This document shows, one piece after another, positions 55,477 to 64,000 of a DNA stretch of 64,000 nt. The stretch comes from Malacoraja senta (taxonomy: Eukaryota). The translations under genes and the position numbers were made by a program. The notes beneath the pieces are model-generated. The model did no database searches. It was not told the DNA's origin and saw only the letters and a list, made by a program, of their open reading frames with translations. The number at the start of each line of letters is the position of its first letter. Position 1 is the stretch's first letter. The stretch spans positions 11,038,001 to 11,102,000 of the forward strand of contig CM075988.1 in NCBI GenBank assembly GCA_038087875.1, given 5' to 3'.

Positions 55477-55632
55477 AAGATGCTGGAGTAACTCAGCGGG
55501 TCAGGCATCATCTCTGGAGGAAGGGAATATGTGATGTTTTGAGTCGAGACCCTTCATCAGACTGAGAGCCAGGGAAGGGGAACCTTGAGTTATGAAAATG
55601 TGCCTTCAGCATTTGCAGTTCCTTCTTACACA
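55477..55632 (-). mobile_element. Penelope-derived insertion with CTGATGA hammerhead remnant
   Basis: Minus strand GTCTGATGAAGGGTCTCGACTC-AAAACATC; inverted end CAGCATTTGCAGTTCCTTCTTACACA. Confidence 0.78.
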
Positions 55633-55795
55633 GATGTAGTAACATCCTAACTTAGTGCAAAAGACTCTGGGCAAAAAGTTCACATGTGTAGACATTGGAT
55701 ACTGACAGAATCAGATCTGGTGGTCTAGTATCAAGTAATTTCTCACAATGCAGAGCTGAAGTTTGTATCCAAAAACTGTTTGCCATCACAAGGTA

Positions 55796-57602
55796 CTGTT
55801 TACATCCAAGGGTCTTGAGGGAGATAGCGGTGGGGATTGTGGATGCATTGGTGATAATTTTCCAAAACTCCCTGGAGGCAGGAACGGTCCCAGTGGATTG
55901 GAAAATGGCCAATGTAACACCTATATTTAAAAAAGGAAGTAAACAGAAGGCGGGTAACTATAGACCGGTTAGTCTAACATCGGTGGTGGGTAAAATGTTA
56001 GAGACAATTATTAAAGAAACACTAACGGGGCACTTGGATAAACATGACTTCATCGGACAGAACCAGCATGGTTTTGTGAAGGGGAAGTCCTGTTTAACGA
56101 ATCTGCTCGAATTCTTTGAGGAAGTAACAACCCGGGTGGATAAAGGGGAACCGGTGGATGTGGTATACTTGGACTTCCAAAAGGCTTTTGACAAGGTGCC
56201 ACATAAGAGACTATTGCTAAAAATAAAAAATTATGGGATTGGGGGTAATATATTAGCATGGGTAGAGGATTGGCTAACAAATAGGAAGCAGAGAGTGGGG
56301 ATAAATGGTTCATACTCGGGATGGCAACCGGTAACTAGCGGGGTTCCGCAAGGGTCGGTGCTGGGACCCCAGTTGTTCACAATTTATATAAATGATTTGG
56401 AGGAGGGAACCAAGTGTAATATATCAAAATTTGCGGACGATACAAAAATGGGAGGAAAAGTAGGGGATGAGGAGGATAGGAAGAGTCTGCAAAAGGATAT
56501 AGATAAGCTAGGTGAGTGGGCAACAACTTGGCAGATGAAATTTAATACTAATAAATGTGAAGTCATTCACTTTGGGAAAAAAAATGATAGGGCAAGTTAT
56601 TTTCTAAATGAGGTGGAGCTGCGTTGTAATGCAACGCAAAGGGATCTAGGGGTAGTAGTACATGAATCACTAAAAGTTAGTATGCAGGTGCAGCAAGCAA
56701 TCAGGAAGGCCAATGGAGTTTTGGCCTTTATTGCTAGGGGGATTGAGTATAAAAACACGGAGGTCTTGCTGCAGCTGTACACAGTATTAGTGAGACCACA
56801 TTTGGAATACTGTGTACAGTTCTGGGGTCCATACTTAAGAAAGGATGTACTGGCCCTGGAGGCAGTGCAGCGAAGGTTTACAAGATTAATTCCTGCAATG
56901 AGGGGATTGACATATGAGGAAAGGTTAAGTAGGCTGGAACTCTACTCTTTGGAGTTTAGAAGAATGAGAGGCGATCTCATTGAAACATATAAGATCGTGA
57001 GGGGCCTTGATCGGGTGGATGCACCGAGGATGTTCCCAATGATCGGGGAAACTAGAACTAGGGGACATAGTTGTAGAATAAGAGGGGGCTCTTTTAAAAC
57101 TGAGATGAGGAAGAACTTCTTCACCCAGAGGGTGGTTAATTTATGGAATTCACTGCCCCAGGGAGCAGTGGAAGCAGAAACATTAAATATATTTAAGTCT
57201 AAAATAGATGTTTTTTTTAGCTGCCAAGGGGATAAGGGGCTATGGGGAGAGGGCAGGGATATGGACCTAGGTATGGTTAGTATAGTAAGACCTGAGTGAT
57301 CTCCTGGACAAGTGTCGATCGCCTGGATTGGGGTCGGAGAGGAATTTCCCGGATTTTTTTCCCGAATTGGACCTGGGTTTTTATCCGTTTTTTTGCCTCC
57401 CCCAGGAGATCACGCGGTTCTTGGGGTGGAGAGGGGTGATAGCGATATAAAGGGGAGGGTAGTGTCTTGTGTTCTGTGTCTTGTGTCTACTGTTTGTGGG
57501 TAAGGGTGTCTGTTTAGTGTTCAGCCATGAGCGAATGGCGGTGCAGGCTCGATGGGCCTGGTGGTCTACTCTCGCACCTACTTTCTATGTTTCTATGTTT
57601 CT
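55796..57602 (+). mobile_element. Young CR1 LINE, 5' truncated; uninterrupted RT domain of ORF2
   Basis: ~470 open codons NYRPVSLTS..DFQKAFD..SGVPQGSVLGP..KFADD..RTRGH; (TTTCTATG)n tail; AAGGTA TSD at 55790-55795 / 57603-57608; probable +1 T frameshift near 57210. Confidence 0.96.
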
Positions 57603-57882
57603 AAGGTAGCAAGGGATGACTAGAACCTTGGAACAATATCAGAAGCAACAATCATTGCACATTCATGGGAGATAGATGAATAAATGAGAGATTTTTTCCC
57701 CCAAGAGGCCTCCTTTATTTACTTGCCAGCTCCCTTGATGCTAGCTCTGACCTCAATTATAACATGGAATATTATTTTTAAATAAAACATAATCGACTTT
57801 CTTTTCACTGAATATTTCATTCCTTAGCATCATTATAATGTACCTGAAGGAACATTATAGTTGTTGTACTGAAGTTTCACAA

Positions 57883-58201
57883 GGGTGGTCACGGTGGTGC
57901 AGCGGTAGAGTTGCTGCCTAGCAGCGAATGCAGCGCCGGAGACCCGGGTTTGATCCCGACTATGGGTGCTGTCTGTATGGAGTTTGTACGTTCTCCCCGT
58001 GACTTGCATGGGTTTTCTCAGAGATCTTCGTTTTCCTCCCACACTCCAAAGACGTAGAGGTTTGTAGATTAATTGGCTTGGAGAATGTAAGAATTGTCCT
58101 TAGTGGGTGTAGGATTGTGTTAATGTGCGGGGATCGCTGGTCGGCGCTGGCCCGGTGGGCTGAAGGGCCTGTTTCCGCGCTTTATCTCTAAACTAAACTA
58201 A
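57883..58201 (+). mobile_element. V-SINE (HE1-like), full length
   Basis: A box TGGTGCAGCGG, B box GGTTTGATCC, V domain, CR1-type GGGCTGAAGGGCCTGTTTCC, (CTAAA)n tail. Confidence 0.92.
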
Positions 58202-58462
58202 GAGCCATGCCTAAGCACTAGATCCTGTCTAGTTTTGTAATTGCATCATCCATTTTTAATTTGTCAAAGGAAGTTAAGGACATGGAGCATAATTCACGGC
58301 CCACTTTTTCTGTTCTAAAATCTTCCAAATAAACCCTGGACCTGCACAGCGTCATACGCCACATGTTTGGTCACCATTCTCTAATTTCTTGTTGGAGAGA
58401 TGTTCCTGCTGCAGCTATTCCATCAGAAAGCTTTTCCGATCAGCTGAGAAACAGTCTTTATT

Positions 58463-58770
58463 TTTAGTTTAGTTTAGAGATACAGCGGGGAAACAGGCCC
58501 TTCGGCCCACCGAGGCCGTACCGATCAGCAATCCCCGCACATTAACAGTATTCTACACACATTAGGGACAATTTACATTTATACCGAGCCAATTAACCTA
58601 CAAACCTGTACGTCTTTGGAATGTGGGAGGAAACCGAAGATCTCAGAGTAAACCCATGCAAGTCATGGGGAGAACGTGCAAACTCCGCACAGACGAGCAC
58701 CTTTCAGAATCGAACCCGGGTCTCTGAAGCAGTAAGGCAGCAGCTCTACCACTGTGCCATCATTCTACCC
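58463..58770 (-). mobile_element. V-SINE (HE1-like), full length
   Basis: Reverse-complement match to 57883-58201. Confidence 0.9.
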
Positions 58771-58849
58771 CAAAACTTCAGTGTGACTTTTTTTCCAGAG
58801 CAGGCTCTGCACTGAAACTGAGAACCAGCCAAGGGTAGGTTTCTTTTAA

Positions 58850-59020
58850 CATCTCTGGAGAAAAAACGATGAGTGACCTTTCGGGTCGATGTCGGAAGAA
58901 GGGTCCAGACCCAAAATGTCACCCATTCTTTTTCTCCAGAGATGCTGCCTGACCTGTTGAGTTACTCCAGCACTTTGTGCCTATCTTTTGTATAAACCAG
59001 CATATGCAGTTCTTAGTTTC
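58850..59020. mobile_element. Partially palindromic Penelope-derived insertion
   Basis: Perfect 14 bp TSD TAGGTTTCTTTTAA (58836-58849 / 59021-59034); inverted 5' arm plus decayed hammerhead core. Confidence 0.88.
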
Positions 59021-59169
59021 TAGGTTTCTTTTAATTTGGTTATTGGCTGGTTCCCATATTGGTTACCAACCCTTGCTGAGAAACTAGCTGAGTGTAGAAA
59101 TTGATTATTTAAAGCTCCAAACATTGATATAATCAATGAGTGATATCCTCTGCAAATTTGGCAGCAATT

Positions 59170-59652
59170 AGCCATGTTATAGAAAATATGTTGTTAAGCT
59201 GGAAAGAGTGCAGAGAAGTTTTACGAGGCCGTTGCTGGGATTTGAGGGTCTGAGCTATAGGTTCAGGTTGGGCAAGCTTGGACTTGATTCCTTGGTGCAG
59301 GAGAATGAGAGGTGATCTTATGGAGATGTATAAGATAACGAGGTGGATAGTTAGGATAGATGCACACAACCCTTTACCCAGAGTATGGGGAATCAAGAAC
59401 CAGGGGAATTTGGTGAGAGGGGAAAGATTTAATAGGAACCTGAGGAACAACTTTTTTGCACAGAGGATGATGGATATACAGAACGAGCTGCCAAATGAGC
59501 CTATGACAACTTTTAAAAGACATTTGAACAGGTACATGGATAGGAAAGGTTTAGAGGGATATGGGCCAAACGTAGGCAGGTGGAACTAGAGTAAATGGGG
59601 CATCTTGGTCGGCATGGACAAATTGGGCCTGTTTCCATGCTGTATGACTCTA
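59170..59652 (+). mobile_element. CR1 3' fragment
   Basis: RRMRGDLMEMYKI..GERFNRNLRNNFF..MDRKGLEGYGP. Confidence 0.88.
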
Positions 59653-61406
59653 CAGCCCTTCTAGGAATATTTAACAAGATAGCCCAGCAGAAGCAATAAA
59701 TGTTTTGCCTGCCACGGAAGGGGGAGAGGGAGACAGAGAGAGAAAGATTCAGCAGGGAAAGAAATAAACTATAACTATGAGCTGGACATTTGGGTTCAGC
59801 AAGCACATATCAAGAGGATGATGCAATGCTCAGGGAAATCAGGAGGTCTTCAACTAGAAGTTTGTGGGAGGAGTGAAAGGCTGACCTCCAGGAGTGAATA
59901 GCAAAGAACATGGGACTGTCCAAAAAAACCCATGATCTCAGAATATTATGAATGAATTGCAGTAATTTAACCACCTCCACAAGAATACTCTGAAAAGCAG
60001 ACGTGCCATACATGAGTGCATATGCGAGGTCTTTCAAACCATGGAGCCAATTGATTAACAATATTAGCAGTTAACTGCAATAATTCTTCTGGATTTCAAT
60101 ATTTTAAATAACCGCAAAATGGTGGGATAGTTGGGAAAGTGGGTCCTGAGGAGTTCTGGATCTTACAAGGCTCGATAAGAAGATTAAAAAAAGATTAGAA
60201 GTTCATAAGGCTGCTTTCAAACATGTGTAACTAAAGCAGAGGAATAATTAACAAAACCAATCGAACAAGATGACAAACATTCCTACCCACCCCCCTACTG
60301 TAGTCCCAAAGTAAAACGGAATACAAATTGGAGATGGTATTTTGACCATATTGAGTTCTGTTAGCCCTGGTGGTGTCATAGATAACCAGACAGATAGTCT
60401 TGCTGCCGATGAAACACTCAAATACCAGATGATGTTGGAAGGTCCATAGAATTCTCCAGGGTTATGTATTTGAGTTATGAAACCGTAGATTTTCATCTTA
60501 TAAAGGAACAATGGAGTAGTGAATTTGTGAGTTGTGAATCATTGGACAACATATCAATTTGGCCTGCATTGTCCAGGGGGAGAGAGTGTGGATGGTGAAT
60601 TAATTATGATTTGCACTATAGATTTTCTCAACCGTAATTATCTTGTGTTTGAAGATTATAATTTTTTTAAATGATATAGTTGACAAGAAAATCTAGTGTT
60701 TTGATCAAAATGATCATGAGTATATAAAATACCAGCTAGCATCATTTTTACTAAATTAATTAGTTCAGGATAATTGAGGTAATTGTTAAATCTGTTGACA
60801 TGTAATATAACCCCTCTGCTCCTTTGGAGACAGCTCCACTGAATTAATGAAAATGTTTAATAGAAGTTGAAATTTCTTATTATTGTTCACTTATTGCTTT
60901 AAATTGCACATTGAATCCATCTTCAGGGGAATGAACAAGTTATTTGACATCAAACACAGTTATTAATGTAAATATTTCAAAGAATAAGCAGAAGAACAAA
61001 ACATGCCTTAATTGAATTTAGGATGGTCTCATTCACATCATCTTCCCTGAAGGCCGGAGTCAGTTCCATATGTATTTATTAAATTGTGAACCATGAACCT
61101 GCAACATATTTCCCTGCTGAAGGCAATTTAATGAAGTTAAGTGAGAGTTTAATTAAGTCATGCAAAAGATTGTGGATATGTTTCTGTTTTCAATAAGTTA
61201 GTATTAAATATATAATTGATTTGATTAATTCTGCCTCTTTACAATGTTGGCTCCAATTGTCATGGCTGCAGCTTTTGTTTTTTTTCCCCTCCAAGGTAGC
61301 AATCTTGCACCAAAACAATGCAGAAAGTAGGTTGCTATAATTTAATTAATCATATTGTTGCATACATTGGGCCAGATAGCATTGATCCCAGCCTGCTCCT
61401 CACAGA

Positions 61407-61482
61407 ATCAGTCTGAAGAAGGGGCCCAACCTAAAATGTTGCCTATCCGTGTCCTCCGGAGATGCTGCCTGATCCTTTGAGC
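61407..61482 (+). mobile_element. Penelope-derived pLTR fragment (older inverted piece at 61650-61780)
   Basis: TCAGTCTGAAGAAGGGGCCCAACCTAAAATGTTGCC..GAGATGCTGCCTGA. Confidence 0.65.
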
Positions 61483-62049
61483 ACGATTTCATCGCTTACA
61501 GGCCTCCTCACTGTGTCTCCTCACAGTATCCTGTGTTTAAAGTTTTGTGGCTTTGCAATACCAATGTATTGCTGATGTGGCTCCACAACCCATCTGTGGA
61601 AAGCAGTGAGTAGCAACCGGGTAGTAGGCAGCAGGATCTAAGAAAAATACAAAATAGTTACAAATGCTAGAAATCCAAAATTTAAAAAAGATAAAGTCCC
61701 AAAACACCCAGCAAGTCAGGCAGCATCTGTCGGAACAGAAACAGATTTAATGTTTTAAGTCAAGTGCCCTTTCAACAGAAATAAGCTTCTCCCAATCAAC
61801 CATACTGTTGCCATTAGGCCTTTTCATTGATGATAAAAAATGTCTTAAAAACTAAAAAAGTTGCGGAAACCGATTTCAAAAATAATAATGAATGTTTGAT
61901 TAATAGTTACATTAATTTTCATGGTGAAAAACGTGCTGCTAATTAAATATAAGCATGAGTACAGTGAGAAGTAAAGAAACACTGGAAAAGCTTGAACTTG
62001 CTTTTGAAATGAAGGTTGGCAGTCGGGTTTGCTCGATTTGAGGTCGACG

Positions 62050-62575
62050 GGAGGTCATGTTGCAGTTGTATAAGACGTTGGTGAGACCGCATTTGGAATA
62101 CTGTGTTCAGTTCTGGGCACCATGTTATAGGAAAGATATTGTCAAGCTTGAAAGGGTTCAGAAAAGATTTACGAGGATGTTGCCAGGAGGGTGTGAGCTA
62201 CAGGGAGAGGTTGAGTAGACTGGGTCTCTATTCCATGGCGTGCAGGAGAATGAGGGGAGATCTTATAGAGATGTACAAAATCATGAGAGGAATAGGACAA
62301 AGGTTCCAGGTGTAGGGGAAAAGATTTAATAGGAATCCGAGGGTAACCTTTTCACATAAAGGGTGGTGGGTGTATGGAACAAGCTGCCAGAGGAGGTAGT
62401 TGAGGCTGGGACTATCCCATCATTTAAGAAACAGTTAGATGGGTACATGGATAGGACAGGTTTGGAGGGATATGGACCAAGCGCAGGCAGGTGGGATGAG
62501 TGTAGCTGGGACATTGTTGGCCGGTGTGGGCGAGTTGTACCGAAGAGCCTGTTTCCATCACTCTATGACTCTATA
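62050..62575 (+). mobile_element. CR1 3' fragment
   Basis: [54 protein letters not shown]. Confidence 0.9.
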
Positions 62576-63175
62576 GCTGGGAGGAAAAAAATATTATGTT
62601 TATCCAGCGTCAGCCATTTGCACAACTCCCCGAGGTTTAATGGTGAGCCTGGGGGCAGAGTGAGAGGTCAGAAATGCATGATTTGAAGTGCAGCATATTG
62701 CAGAATTGCACAAGCAATGTTCAGAATGAGCCACTATGCACACTGCAGTCATCTGCAATTTTTTTTCTCCACATAACCATGCGCTAGCTGTCTGCATGGG
62801 CCCGTTTATTAATTTTCTTCACATTTTTGTTGCTTTTTACAGCAGAATATTTTTTTCAATATAACCTGTAGTTTGTCCTCCATCTGTTTAAAAATTCATT
62901 CAGCACCATTTCAGAAGTAACATATTTGGAAATGATATTTTGCTGAGTTTTGTTTCATCAATTCCACCTTGAATGCATTTTAATTCAGTTTACCAAGCTC
63001 TCGGTGATAATGCTCTCAGTTTAATGGTACCTGATCATTTGTTAAAAAGCCGAGAGCTTAATTACCAAAAGCCCTTAATTGGCAGAAAAGTACACTATGT
63101 GCAACATAACTGGTGCAGTGCATCCCTCGATCTCGCCACTTACACTAGGGCTGCATTGTATCTTCATTGCAACAG

Positions 63176-63239
63176 AAATGGACTTGTGAAAGGAAATAGC
63201 AACAAGCTTCAAGAACCTCCTCTGAAACGTGTGAAATAA
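63176..63239 (+). CDS. Candidate terminal coding exon of an unidentified host gene
   Basis: Acceptor TGTATCTTCATTGCAACAG, phase-2 frame (R)NGLVKGNSNKLQEPPLKRVK*, NLS-like end; no homology recognised. Confidence 0.2.
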
Positions 63240-64000
63240 ATGATTATCCAGCTGTCCGACCTGGCGACCACGAACAATAAGTACATAAATAATGTGTACA
63301 TTGAGATTAAACCAAGCTTCAGAGGAGACATCAGGAACTGCATGATACATGGACATTTATTTTTTAATTACATTCAGCATTCGTGCTGCCTGCTTCGGGA
63401 GCTTCTGCAATGCAGCTGGCACAACCAAGCCCAGGGTCCGAATATTTTGTATTCCAGGCAGACACTGCTCTGCATACTGTGCCAGCACAGATTTGGAATA
63501 TTAACAGTGACAGTCAGTTCAAAAAGAACAGTGAAAGGCTATTTGCTCCAATTCCCAAGGCATCTTAATTCATTGTACTGTACCAGTTTAATGCAGAGTC
63601 TGTTTAAATCTATTGAGCTCATCATAACTGTTCTCACACAGCACAATTAATCTGCTATTTCTCCAGGAAACTGCATATTAATTGTGTTAAATTCCACAAT
63701 CATGTATTGCCTTTAATTCCATGATTTTAATTCATATTATGCAGTCTCAGCTTTTCATGCCTTGACTCTAGTTGGATTTACAGTGATCTAATCTTCAGCT
63801 GTGTTTAAATTGACTTTCAGCAAAGAAACTGGACTATTTGCACCCACAGGCAACGTTCACATTAATATGATTTCTGAGAATTTTGATGTAATCTAGGATA
63901 ACTGTGGAAGATATGTGCTGTTCATTTTTGAGAAGTTTATATCATTGTATATAGACAGTGTACCTGCCTACATTATTTGATAAATATTGACTTTTGTGTT

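Noticed and set aside
55695..57299. 534 aa ORF as a host gene or active LINE
   Set aside because: 5'-truncated CR1 ORF2 lacking the endonuclease domain; the N-terminal ~33 aa are flank read-through

Overview
Eukaryotic, AT-rich, repeat-dense non-coding DNA. The repeat repertoire (V-SINE of HE1 type sharing a 3' end with CR1/HER1-type LINEs, DeuSINE of SacSINE1 type, Penelope-like fragments) points to a cartilaginous fish, probably a skate or ray (inference). No host protein-coding gene can be called with confidence; there is one weak terminal-exon candidate near 63.2 kb. All recognisable ORFs come from transposable elements: CR1, L2, RTE-X-like, Rex1/Babar, Penelope GIY-YIG and a faint Gypsy relic. 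Structural landmarks are a near-identical head-to-tail 3.94 kb duplication (5346-13216), a 200-N gap, a ~3 kb compound (CT)n array and three Harbinger-type MITEs. The most interesting signal is a dispersed family (about 15 copies) of short, often palindromic Penelope-derived insertions with 11-18 bp target-site duplications. They carry a minimal hammerhead-ribozyme motif (CTGAAGA-stem II-GAAACGTC/T). One copy, inserted in a LINE RT ORF at 46496-46599, keeps all core nucleotides. Repeat boundaries without a TSD are approximate, and family names come from recalled motifs, not database searches.
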